The notes: generated by a model from the sequence alone, not told the origin. Numbered from the whole stretch's first letter, positions 25,501 to 37,650 are shown. The stretch is 56,688 nucleotides of DNA, filler included, from Dugesia japonica (GCA_001938525.1; 5 parts of 5 records of this genome joined end to end with filler, not necessarily neighbours in it), one strand, 5' to 3'. A program made the numbers and translations.

Positions 25501-26490
25501 ATTTAAAATTACCCGGGCAGAATTATAATCAATTTCCAACACAATTGCAGCCTCTTTNATCGATTTTCCCTGCTCCAAAACAAGTCGAATGAGTTTTTTT
25601 CATTAGTCATTTGTTATTTTAGTAAATGTTATCAGATGATCTGCATATGCATTATCTTTAGGTATATCACTATGGAAGGGACAAAAAATTTGTCAGCAGA
25701 TAAAAGCGAAAAAAGGAAATTTAACATTTAGTATTTTTAATTTTATCAGTTTTAACAGTTTACAATTGTGTCTGACAAATGTTACAATTGAAAGGAAAAT
25801 GGTATAAGCAAATGAGCAAACTTTATGATCAAAATGGAGGTCCTGTAAAAAGGAACAGACGGTTAATAAAAAAGGGCATATGGAGACAAGATGAAGGGAA
25901 TAAAAAGGACATAATACGAACGAGGGGGATAAAAAATTACATAAAGGGACAAGGGGAGGGGAGATAGCACATTGCTTTTTGACGTCCTTAATGAATGATC
26001 CGTAAGAATGGTAACTAAAAAATAATTGTCCGCAGCCCACCACCAGAAACTAAGATACCCTAATACATACACGAAATAACAGTGGTTAAACCGTACCGAG
26101 CTAGCTAGGACATAAAACCATGAACGAAGAATTGTATTTTCTTTTAAAAATATAACGGTATTTATAGTGATGCATATGAAACAAAATTGTATCTAATAAA
26201 TAAAACCCAGATACAATTTTAACGAATTACAATAAAATAATTTCTAGTAGAAAATAACTCCGTTACCCATAATTTTATGGATTATTTAATTATTACTTAC
26301 AAAAATAATTATTCACAAAATATATTTCAATTAAAACTATTATAAAATACAGAATTAGATTTAAAATTTATTTTAACGTTTAAATTTATCATTAGTAAAA
26401 ATTATTTAATTAAAACGTATTTTTACAAGATTTATAATTCTCAAAAGCATTAATAATTAATAATATTTCTTAAACAATTATTAATATTAC

Positions 26491-26956
26491 CGGATCAGTG
26501 AAGACAGATTTGATATGTGATAATACTGCCATTAGGGCTAGAGAATAAAATATAAATCCATTGATGAATCGAAAATAGTTGGAATCAACCGGTATAAACA
26601 CAACAAATAGAAATACAAAACAAGGATGTAAAATTAGTAGCCAAGTGAAGAGAGCACAAATACTTCCACATATATCAGAATTACACCACATGTACCGATC
26701 AGAGTTTTCAAGAGATTTAATTGAGCCTGGTTTATCAAACAGCCATCCAGTACCACAACAATAACAAAATTCAGTTATTTTTTTACAAATATATCTTCGT
26801 TCAGAATTGTTGGAAGGAATCAAAGGGCTCTCTGGTACAGTAATCTGATTACTGGAATTATCTGCATCTAAATTTATTAGTGATATATCTATTTCATGTG
26901 TATTTACTTTTATCGTTGAATTGCATTGCAAATCCTCTTGAGTAAAGATTATTTTC
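26491..26956 (-). CDS. Exon of a ZDHHC3/7 (GODZ)-like palmitoyltransferase (N-terminus, TM1-TM2)
   Basis: MWCNSDICGSICALFTWLLILHPCFVFLFVVFIP...FINGFIFYSLALMAVLSHIKSVFTDP matches the ZDHHC3/7 pattern W...D.CG..CA..TW.L....NG..F..LA..A..SH...TDP(G). GT donor directly after TDP (26489-90); probable AG acceptor at 26957-58. Confidence 0.9.
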
Positions 26957-29039
26957 CTAGCAAAATTACAAATTAATTATTCAAAATTATTATGAAAGCA
27001 TTTAGAGTCGGATAATTGTCAATATAATAGTGAATTTTGCGCAATATTTGTTAAACTAGCAACTAATTAAATTATTCTAATTAAAAGTTATTATAATAAA
27101 TTTATATTATTAAATAATTTCTTTAGTTGTACGTATATTAAAACAATAGTTGTTTAACAATTCGTTATTATAAATAATTTTAATATAATTTTAGAATCAA
27201 CTTTTATGTTACTTAAATCATGTATCACAAAGAAATTAAAACTGCTTATTTAAAATTAAGTTTACTTAATTTTCAAGATTAATTTTATTCTAAAGCAGAA
27301 AATTAACCATATAAGTTGACAATCATCTTTTTCATAAAGTGCTGCTAATTCATTCTAAAATATAACAGATTAATGATTGCATTACATTGATTAGTAACAT
27401 AATTTAACCGGGATTGTCCCGGCTTCATGGAAATATACATTTTATTCCGGTTTCCACAACTCAATTTTTTCATAAAATGACTAAAGACGTTTATTAGTCA
27501 TTTTTAATTTTGGATAAACATATTTTATGAATTGAGAGGTTTCGTTGAGAGACACCAGTGTGTATAAATTGAAATATGTATAAGTATTTGATTTTTTTAC
27601 TAAAAAAAGTTTTAATAACAGATTTTTGATTTTTGACAATGTTGGGTATTTCTACTCAACAAGTTATTTATGGTTCGTTTATTTTATAACTACTGATAGA
27701 TAATATGTCTGTGAATTTACGGGTGTTGATTTTACCCTTTATATGTCACTACGATATTATATAAATGATATTTTATCAAAAGTATAAATATGGTGATATA
27801 ATGTATTTTCCCTATATAAGTAAATGAAAATGATATACCTTTTAAAATTTATTATTTGTATATAACAATATGCTATAACTTATAGGCCTTATTAGCTTAT
27901 TTTATATCTAGTTGGAGATGCCGCCCAGAGAGGTTGGATTCCAACAGATTAAAGTTTACTGAAAAATAACTAAAATTGATCAGTATTTATACTGATTTTA
28001 GTTACGTAGGCCATTATACACACATATACACATAAATTTTATCGTAGATGATTTGCTCACAGAATAAAATATCAACTTTGATCAATCATCCAAAAAATAA
28101 TTATTACATATATTTTTTCTTTTTTAAATCAAGATTACTATTAAATATTTTCACAACAAAATAATCAATATTTACAACAGACCGATAAAATAATTAATCG
28201 CAAATTAACTGAAATCAAAATATTATTAAAATTAATGTTAAAAAATAAAATAGAATAAAATTAATGTTCAAAAATAAAATAGAGTCCAAGTATTATTGAA
28301 TTTCGAGTTTATCAATTAGATCTTGAATTGAATCGCATGATGTATCGAATGTTGATTCCGACAAGATTGATGTTCATTCGAATTTATCAGATATTGAATC
28401 GAATCGCATGTTGTATTGAATGTCAAATAACGATTGATGTTTATGTTATTGTTTTTGTTGTGTTTGTTTTGTATGCATGTTTGTGTTGTGCTATGTAGAT
28501 CTCAACAACAAAAATGTTAAAATAAAACACTACACATGAGCACAAATTTAAAAACAAAAGCAAACCAAAAAAACAATAACTATATAGACTTATACTTTGT
28601 TATTCCTTTGGCCAATTCAGTTGTCACCTTGAAATCCAAAGGGCAACTTGTTGAAAAGTGGTTAGTTGTTACATTTATTGTATTTTCACGTGTACGAACT
28701 TTTCACATTGTTTCCGTTTTCTGGTTCAGCGTTCATGTAATTTATTAATTTTATCAAGTCGCTCTTAATTATTGTTAGTTTTATTTTGAAAATGGTATTA
28801 TCATGAAGTGAAAGTTTTGTTACCAACGAATCTTTGGTTTATCTATAGCCAAGCTAGCTCAATCAGTTTTCAAATTTTAAAAATTAAACAAAAAAATATT
28901 GAAATAAATAATAAGCTGCTTTATAACTCAATTTAAATAGTACAGGCAATAGTTGAAGCTGAAATAAAAGATATTGATTGGAAATCAAAAATCGACTCGG
29001 AAAAGTAAGGTATTTTTCCATAAAATGGCTAAAGACTCT

Positions 29040-29135
29040 ACGAAGCAAGATACACACAACGCCAATGTCGAGCGCATTTTTTCTATGATGGATTAACGAA
29101 AGAAATTTGTTCTCAGTAATACAGTTAAAGAAGGG
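29040..29135 (+). mobile_element. hAT dimerisation-domain relic
   Basis: HNANVERIFSMM followed by ERNL.S. Confidence 0.6.
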
Positions 29136-29649
29136 ACCAGCAAATTACCAATTTGGCTTCGAATCGTATTCCGAATTAATTCATAACAAATTATAAATTT
29201 TATTTTGAATTGATTCTCAAATTGAATTGCTAATCCAATGATTATATAAATTTTGGTCCAGTATATTTTGTATAGTATAATTTAATGCCAAATTAATTAA
29301 ATTTAAAAGTAAACACATAAATATTTTATCGAATAAGTCAAACTTATAATCTATAAAACTGCTAATGTAGTTCATCACATTGAAATTTCTAATTTAACGT
29401 TTTAAAATTATATTCCATCAGATAGAAATTAAAGTCAACACATACAATTTACAATTTTTTAACTACACGTATTGATACGCTGCGATATACAAAAACCATA
29501 TTTCAGGTTAAAATTCCTCTCCAGACTTAATTATGTTCTGGTTTGGCTAGCTTGATAGATTTATAAAATAAACAAAAAGAGTAAAAAAGAAAATGGCGGG
29601 ATTTAATTGGAACCCTAAAAGGTTTCATCCACGTCAGACATTTCAGGTC

Positions 29650-31018
29650 TGGAGTCTTTGAATTCTAAAATCTTCAGAATACCAGCTTGCCCGTTGTGGA
29701 ATCTCTAAAGATTGCTCGACTAGGCTATGCACTTTCTGATCGAGACAAGAGTTAATTTTGTGATTGTAATAGCGTGGAACCCAACATGTTTAAGCACAGG
29801 CTTATTTTCTACGCACCACGATCCCAAACACCCGATTGAGATCTTCTCAAGGATAACTTTCCATTTGGGTAAGTTTTCTAAATTTCCTCCTTGAGTAGTG
29901 TGTATTTTGCAATGTTCAAGTTCCTCGCTAATTTTAAATTACTGGATGTGTCATAGGGAGTCTTTACATCCCGTATTATTACTCTCTTACACTTGCTATT
30001 TATTAGTTGCAAGTCAACGTGACCAGTCTTGTTAACAAGGCGACAGGTCTGTTCGACAATGACTTTAAAGCAAATGTTGGCTCTAATAAACCTAGCGAGC
30101 AGAGAAGATCATTGTGTCGCCATGATTTAAAAGCTGAGGAAGGGTGGCAATGACACAAGACAAGTGCTTGAGTTTCCAAGTGGTATCCACACTTTCGGAA
30201 GGATTTGGATAACATCCCATGGTTGCAACCTACTGGCGTGTGCCCGTCCTTGCTCGGTGTATGAAATCCCATTGATCAGGTTTGATAGAGCCATTGAACA
30301 GTGGTTTGGTGAATAGGGTGGATACCGCGATAGCTGTCCAGTTTTTGTCAAGGCATTCTACTTCCTTGTATTAGCCCAACTGAGAAGATCATGGAGTAAT
30401 TTGGTCATGGCTCTTCGGTTCTTGAAGGAAATCAGATAGTTTCTTTCATCGAAGTAATCAATCACTTGCATGCATACTCCTAGCTCGTTACGTGTGAATC
30501 TGACTTGCAGATGGAGCATTTTGTAGAGGTAAGTGATCGCGTTATGAACTTTAAACCACCAGCATTTGAGTTCTGAATATGTGGTTACAGTGGAGAGTCA
30601 GTCTAGAGCCTCATCAATTGAGAACAACTGGAAACGCTTAAGGTGTTTTGTGGCGACATGAATCAAATCACGGCTGGCTACATTCCGTACGATTTCATCT
30701 GGACATACAAGCATCTTAAATGCCTGTGCCAGATATTGTACAGAGTATTCGTCCCTCGCAGAGTTTAAGCTGACCCCCATAATTTTCGGGAATATAAAGA
30801 TAGTGAGAGGGTGCCCAAAAGTGAACAGAAAGGATTTGCCTTATATTTGTGTGGATGCACATATCGATATCCCAGACTCTATAAGTAACTCCATTTTCGG
30901 AGTGGCCGCTGCAATCGAATTTACTCAACGGAATGTTGAAATTCATGAACGTGAACGAAAACCTTGAGTGGATAAAGGTTCGGTATGCGTGGATTTTCTG
31001 CCAGGGATAGAGAACCGA
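29650..31018 (-). mobile_element. Non-LTR retrotransposon 3' relic with restriction-like endonuclease (NeSL/Utopia/R2-type)
   Basis: LYPWQKIHAYRTFIHSR, YLY.P...G, R.CGYHLETQALVLCHC (decayed CCHC), RHND, NRPV (decayed RPD) and IGCLGSW. Frameshifted and 5'-truncated. Confidence 0.88.
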
Positions 31019-31052
31019 TAATTTTAACCGAATAATTGTAGATTAAAAATAA

Positions 31053-31130
31053 AGTAGATAGATAGTGGCGCACTAAACCACATCCCCGGATTTCAAGGTG
31101 GTTTAGAAATTCGATTTGAAATTTTGGTTT
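31053..31130 (+). mobile_element. AGTAGATAGATAGTGGC terminus (putative Polinton TIR end)
   Basis: Matches the reverse complement of 12321-12337. Confidence 0.55.
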
Positions 31131-31544
31131 AGTAATTTAAGATATATATACTGTAAAAATAGTAAATACTAAAAATGATAAATTAAATAAATTCTATAAT
31201 AAAAATTAATNTTAAATAGAAATTGTATTTGTTTGTATTTTATTGTTATTTTCATTTATTTCCTCTGGAATAGGTTTTGACAATTTTTACCCGTGTTATT
31301 CTTATTCAGCATAACATTTTCTATTGAATACAAAGGTTGATGATAAAATTTGGAATACTTTTTATTTTTCGAAAAATCTATGTAAAATATTGAAAAAACC
31401 AAATTCTTAACAGAGTGGTATAAAAGTATTTGAAATCTGAGCATGAAAATTATTTTTGAAAAAATAGAAAATTTGAATTATTTGTAAAAATTTTGTTTAT
31501 TGTGAAAGTTACTTTTTTGGTAATTATTCACTTTTTTAAAACTT

Positions 31545-31820
31545 TTTTGAAATTAAATATTTTCAAAATTAAGAAAGTTAACTAAGGCTTAGATCAAAAA
31601 ATGTTTCTTAAAATTTTTATTAAGGTTAAAAATTTTAAAAATTTAACTTACTTCTCCAAATGTTCGAGTTTATCTTCTTCGAGAGTGGTGATTGATTTCT
31701 TCAAATTATTTAATCACAAATCCCGAAGAAGATAAAATCAAAACATTGGGTCAAAGAAAATTAAATTTTTGAAAATTATTTTAGTTAAATTTCTTAATTT
31801 TGAAAATATTTAATTTTATT
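31545..31820. repeat. Long imperfect palindrome (foldback element)
   Basis: Inner arms ccaaatgttcgagtttatcttcttcg and cgaagaagataaatcaaaacattgg; outer arms aaattaaatattttcaaaattaagaaa and tttcttaattttgaaaatatttaattt. Confidence 0.75.
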
Positions 31821-32987
31821 TTTTAAAAAATTAAATATTTAAACATAATGTACTTTTCTATTGAAATTCCATGAAAATTAATTAAAAATTAATTTTAGTA
31901 AATCTAAAAAAAATATCATTAATTTTACTTTATTTAAACTAAAAATTTAATTCCTGGTCGATTAAATAATAAATGACGTAATTAATTTTATATCGCCCCC
32001 ATGAAAAATTTCTGGATCCGTCGCTGTATTCCATCATATGAAAATTTAAATATCACATAAAATTCTAACTCTTCTCATAAAAGGTACTAGTCAGTACGTT
32101 AAAATTATAATCCATCTCACAAAATTCAACCCATAAAAATTAACACAACAAGTATATTTCTAAGTCATTACATAAAAATTCTACTCAGCAAATTACAATC
32201 CATCACATATAATTGTACTCCATATAAGCATTATTTTATAATGTTAGTAATATCAAGATTTTTATTTAATTTGCTATATTATTAATTATAATTTAGATTA
32301 TTTATGAAATCTTTTGAAGTATGATAGATATAATCATTATGAATTATGAAAATAAGACAAATTTAATTTTTAATTAAATTAAATGATTTTTACTTAAACG
32401 GTAAGAATTTTCTTAATGATAATAATTTTCGCAATGATTTTTATTTTAAGTTAACAATTTTCACAATTAATAAATTTTCATTTAATAATTTGATTTTCAG
32501 ATGATAATTTTGTAGTTTATGAATTCTTAATGATACGAATTCTTAATATGAATTATGATTAGTTATTGGCAATAGTGAAACTTATTATGAATTATGAATT
32601 TATGCATTTTCAATCATGGTCAATGTTATTTGAAATATTAAAGGATATTATGAATAATGATCAATTTTATTGGAAAAATCTGAAAATAAGTAAAAATTTC
32701 TTTTTATTTAAATTAAATAGTAATAATTTTTATTTAAATGGAAATGATTTTCGTAATGATTTTATTTTAAGTTATAAATTTTTAAAAGTTATAATTTCGT
32801 TTTCAGTTAATTATTTGATTTTCAGATAATAATTGTATTATACAATGGCTCGATGTTGTCCAGTTGATTTCAGACGGTGAAATGATTTTTTTCTTATTTC
32901 GGGTTACAATAGTTCGAGATACTAAATTTCAATTACAATGACAATTTAGGTAAATTTGGGTTTTCATATTTTTTAGTTTTTACACGT

Positions 32988-33148
32988 TCAGGTATAAAGA
33001 CTTTCAATAGAAAAAATATCGTAGATGGTTCTTGGAGCTGGAACTGATTTAAGCGGATGTTTCCACTTTTTCTGCCGGGAGAAGGCAAATATACCTAGAA
33101 ACGCTAAACAATCGATGACGGCGAGAGCAATTATCGCCAAGCTTTGTA
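32988..33148 (-). CDS. Possible terminal exon: transmembrane helix plus short cytoplasmic tail
   Basis: QSLAIIALAVIDCLAFLGIFAFSRQKKWKHPLKSVPAPRTIYDIFSIESLYT*. Raised GC; weak AG acceptor at 33149-50. Confidence 0.35.
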
Positions 33149-33232
33149 CTTCACACAAAAGTAGTCGTCAAATCCAATATTTTATGGCGAAATGCATAGA
33201 AATTGCCAAAATATAATAATTTTTCATTGGGG

Positions 33233-33332
33233 NNNNNNNNNNNNNNNNNNNNNNNNNNNNNNNNNNNNNNNNNNNNTTAATTAATTAANNNNNNNNNNNN
33301 NNNNNNNNNNNNNNNNNNNNNNNNNNNNNNNN
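33233..33332. other. Artificial contig spacer
   Basis: N run, TTAATTAATTAA (33277-33288), N run. Confidence 0.95.
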
Positions 33333-33689
33333 ATTTCAAATAATTATTTATGATATTAATATCGACGTTTCTCACACTCAAATGAAACCACCCCCTTTGC
33401 CAGATTTTTTTGTTTAACATAAACAAACCCTTCAAGTAGAAGTTTTTCTTTTCCTTTCTCGGACATAATATATTCCATAGTTTCAATTAATAATGATCTG
33501 AAAACAATAATTATATTAATTAATATTTAAAATTAGACTTACAAGTAAACTATTTAAAAGAAAAGAAATTTAAAACAAAAAACGATTTTGACAAGTTTTA
33601 TTTTAATTAATAATATTTAAAATATTTGAAATTAATTATAACTTGCTTATTAAATTTTGCTTATAAAATTTTTTTTCGGTTTTAATATC

Positions 33690-33968
33690 ATAAATAATTA
33701 TTTGAAATAATTATAACTTGGAATTGAAAAGAAAAAAATATTTTACTTTCCTCAAAATTTTAATTATTTGGTCATAAATAATCATTTGAAATAATTGTAA
33801 TTTGGAATTGAAAATAAATAATATAATTAAATAATTTTCCGGGCGATATTGTCCGGGAGGATATTGTCCTCGGGGGAAAAATATTTTACTCCTCAAAATT
33901 TTATAACTTGGAATTGAAAAGAAATAATATAATTAAATAATTTTCCAGGGGATATTGTCCTGATACNC
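33690..33968 (-). mobile_element. DNA-transposon end with GGACAATATCC subterminal repeats (MULE-like)
   Basis: Three gatattgtcc copies and three taacttggaattgaaaa-type blocks. It truncates the adjacent mariner at HIVT. Confidence 0.45.
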
Positions 33969-34580
33969 CTGTAACTATATGATACATAAACGACTTTCTT
34001 TGCTGTCTTTCAATGAAAATTTTGCTAATTGTTTCCCGTTTTTCCATCATTCTTTCATTCAATTCACGCGGAATCCATTTTATTTCAACCTGTATCTTTC
34101 CCATATGATGTAAACCAGAAGTCTCCAAACGTTTCAGCCCAAGGGTCGCATTAGCTATCAATCAACAGTTTGGGGGCCGACTACACACATTTTCTGTATA
34201 TAAAAATGTCTCCACGGTCCATACGAGAAGGTATTAACTACCAAACAGTAGTTTGGAAACCGCTGATGTAAATGATCACAAATGGTGTGTTGAAAAACTG
34301 ATTGTAACTGTTTAGCTAGTTGTTGTGTTTGAGTATTATATTCAGATAATATGACTTCCAATTCTGCATCTTCAAATTATTTAGGTTGATCTGGGCATTC
34401 TTTATCTTTTATATCAAAATCGCCATTTTTGAGTAGTTTTAACCACGTTTGCATGTGTCTTGAGATAGAACAAAGCTTTCATAATTAGACGATAGCTTTC
34501 AGNNNNNNNNNNNNNNNNNNNNNNNNNNNNNNNNNNNNNNNNNCGCAAATGCTCTTTTGTTGGCTCATATATTGACATTT
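33969..34580 (-). mobile_element. mariner transposase 5' relic
   Basis: WLKLLKNGDFDIKDKECPDQPK, TQ.QLAKQL, TICDHLH|HMGKIQ..KWIPRELNERMMEKR..I and FMYHIVT. Confidence 0.85.
34116..34265. mobile_element. 150-bp hAT MITE inside the mariner
   Basis: TIRs CAGAAGTCTCCAAAC and GTTTGGAAACCGCTG; TSD ATGTAAAC/ATGTAAAT. Removing it restores DHLH-HMGK. Confidence 0.88.
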
Positions 34581-35039
34581 TTAATGTCTAATAATATGAA
34601 AATTTCACTGTTACAAATTATTTCAATTGTGGATTTAATAAGCTTGATTATAAAAGTTCTAAAATTAATAAAAAAAAAACAAGAAATTAAATTAAAAATA
34701 TTGAAAAGAATTACTATTTCAACTTGTTCAAAATTTGTAATTCTGCGTGATTTAATGCATATTTTTGTCCCACCTAAATAAAAAAAAAATTCTTGATAAT
34801 TTTAAACTTAATCAATTTTAATGTTTTTTTTTATCAATTACGAAACAAAATGCTTTACATTTCCTCCATCAATACATAGTTTACTGGGTTTATTGACTTG
34901 TTTCAAATGATTTATTTTTTTCTACTACCTGTGATTTTTTCTCTATTCTACGTTGTAAAGAAATTATTGACTTTCCAGTGAGCGATTTATCTACTTCAAC
35001 TTTTCTTTTATAGTATCTCATTCTCCTTTTATCGATTGA

Positions 35040-35232
35040 TTTCAGAATACTTCATTTAGGGAAAGGAAATTTTCGGTTTTGAATCGTGCAAACCACTTAT
35101 AAACTGCGCTATCTGCAACGGCATTATCTCCGTAAACAGAACTGATCTTCCTTTTGTCTGTGAAACATTTTTATTTTATTTTCAGAATTAATATAACATC
35201 AAGTGCCTGGGATGTGTCTTTTTTCTTTCATT
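35040..35232 (-). mobile_element. mariner N-terminal (HTH) fragment
   Basis: KISSVYGDNAVADSAVYKWFARFK. Confidence 0.8.
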
Positions 35233-35409
35233 TTTTTTGATGATTATGTAATATTGAAATTGAAAATTAATATCAATAATAATTTCAAATGATGCAGTAA
35301 AATAAGATCTTTCAGAACCCGCTACATACTGTTGAACTGGCGATTTGAGTTTGAATACAATATCTGATGAAACGTACGAAGCAACCGCAAAAATTTAAAA
35401 TAACTGCAA

Positions 35410-35929
35410 GATATAGATAGATCGATATANNNNNNNNNNNNNNNNNNNNNNNNNNNNNNNNNNNNNNNNNNNNNNNNNNNNNNNNNNNNNNNNNNNNNNN
35501 NNNNNNNNNNNNNNNNNNNNNNNNNNNNNNNNNNNNNNNNNNNNNNNNNNNNNNNNNNNNNNNNNNNNNNNNNNNNNNNNNNNNNNNNNNNNNNNNNNNN
35601 NNNNNNNNNNNNNNNNNNNNNNNNNNNNNNNNNNNNNNNNNNNNNNNNNNNNNNNNNNNNNNNNNNNNNNNNNNNNNNNNNNNNNNNNNNNNNNNNNNNN
35701 NNNNNNNNNNNNNNNNNNNNNNNNNNNNNNNNNNNNNNNNNNNNNNNNNNNNNNNNNNNNNNNGATATAGATAGATCGATATAGATAGATCGATATAGAT
35801 AGATCGATATAGATAGATCGATATAGATAGATCGATATTGATAGATATAGATAGATATAGATAGATATAGATCGATATAGATAGATCGATATAGATAGAT
35901 CGATATAGATAGATCGATATAGATAGATC
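35410..35929. repeat. 14-bp tandem repeat (GATATAGATAGATC)n, partly gapped
   Basis: Directly visible at 35764-35929 and 35410-35429. Confidence 0.95.
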
Positions 35930-36089
35930 NNNNNNNNNNNNNNNNNNNNNNNNNNNNNNNNNNNNNNNNNNNNNNNNNNNNNNNNNNNNNNNNNNNNNNN
36001 NNNNNNNNNNNNNNNNNNNNNNNNNNNNNNNNNNNNNNNNNNNNNNNNNNNNNNNNNNNNNNNNNNNNNNNNNNNNNNNNNNNNNNNNN

Positions 36090-37057
36090 TGCACTGTGTA
36101 TAGTGAGAGTTTTGTCGATAATTCCACGTGTCGTAAGTGGTTGAGAAATGTTTGTATGAAAAATTATAATTTTATCGATGCACCATGTTCTTGACGACTA
36201 TTGATACTCATAGCGACTAAATATTAGTGAATATTGAGAGTGATCGCCATATAACAATTGAAGAGATTGGAGAAATATTTGGTATAACCATTCAACAGTG
36301 TCCAGACATTTACATAAACTTGAAATGACTACCAAAGCCAAAGAGATGCCACATCAATTAACGAAGAAATATTTCAAGACAATTTCTACTTGTTATTCTC
36401 CATTAAAGCGTAACCAAATCGATATTTTTTTAAAGCGAATGGTAACCGGAAATAAAAGATAGATGGAATATAATAACATTGTGTTAAAGATCATGGTGTA
36501 AGCCAGAAGATTTTCCATTAACCGTACCAAAGGTAGTTTACATCTAAGAAAGGCAGTGCTATGCATTTGGTGGGATTTCAAGGGAATAATTTATTATGAG
36601 GTTTTGTCCATAAACCAAACTTGTAATTCGAAGAAATACTGTTCACAACTAAGTAATTTAAAGGAAATAATCTACCAGAAGCGGGCTGAATTAACAAATA
36701 GAAAGGATATTTTGTTTCATTTAGATAATGCTAGACCACACGTGTCTTTGGCCACCGAAAAAACTTCTACAACCGGACTGTACTGTTTTTGTCCATCCAT
36801 CGTACTCACCAGGCCTGACATGACACAACTGTCATTTAGATCTCTTCAAAACCATTTACTTTTCTTGCTTGCAAGATTTGAAGTCACTTTAATCAGTTAT
36901 TCCACCAGTAACCTCATAGTTTCTTAGTGCGGCATTATGTAGCTACCAGATAGGTGAAGAAATGTCATCCAAAAAAATTGAAATGTAATTTATTTTAAAT
37001 AAAATTATTCTTTAATTTTTGTATAAAAAACGGGAATAACCATTGTACAGACCAAAT
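36090..37057 (+). mobile_element. mariner transposase relic with 3' end
   Basis: FLKRMVTGNK, LCIWWDFKGIIYYEVL...YCSQL..L and ILFHLDNARPH. TIR-like end aaaaaacgggaataac...ccaaata. Confidence 0.88.
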
Positions 37058-37229
37058 ATTTATGTTTTATTGCATTGATTAAAAAATTAGCACTGTGGAA
37101 TTTTAAAAATGGGAAATAGTGAAAGAAAAACTGCCAAGAAAAATTTTATATTAGTCAAATGAAGAGAAATTAAAAATCAAAAACTGACATCTTAAACGAC
37201 TGTATTGATAGAAAAACAGCTAAAAGACA

Positions 37230-37650
37230 ACAAGTAACTCAGTTGAAGTGTTTCAAAATAATTTAAAATCTAATTTATCTGAATAATCAGTAAAAAAACA
37301 TTTTAATGTTGATGAATCCGCTTTATTTTTTGAATCTCTACAGTAGGTGGAAGCATTCACACGAGAACAGTTGAAATTTTTGTTTTGACTTCTATGAAAT
37401 TTCATTAACTTTTTAATGACGTCTATGAAATTTTTTTTAAATTATTTTCCCATTGTTTTACATAGTATTTTAAAACTTTTTCGACTTCTTTGCAATTTCA
37501 TAAAATATTTAGTGATGTCTATGCAATTTCTATAATTTTTATGTAAAAGAAAAATTTTCAACTGTTCTCGTGTGAATGCTTCCACCTACTCTCTACCCTA
37601 ATAAAAGTTGTATATTTTCAAATGAAGAACCCTCGAATTACAAAAGGAAA
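37230..37650 (+). mobile_element. pogo/Tigger transposase relic, interrupted by 37342-37590
   Basis: FNVDESALFFESL before the insertion; PNKSCIFSNE after it (one-base shift). Confidence 0.6.
37342..37590. mobile_element. 249-bp MITE with 35-bp perfect TIRs, AGTAG...CTACT ends and 6-bp TSD (putative mini-Polinton)
   Basis: TIR AGTAGGTGGAAGCATTCACACGAGAACAGTTGAAA. TSD CTCTAC at 37336-37341 and 37591-37596. Confidence 0.92.

Noticed and set aside
25680-26110. Purine-rich, higher-GC segment with short ORFs
   Set aside because: No identifiable homology, and it does not encode the expected next ZDHHC exon.
16496-26956. ZDHHC gene nested in a dynein intron
   Set aside because: An artificial spacer at 24447-24546 separates them, so linkage is unsupported.
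35312-36127. 271-aa ORF
   Set aside because: It consists of N gaps and translated 14-bp repeat.
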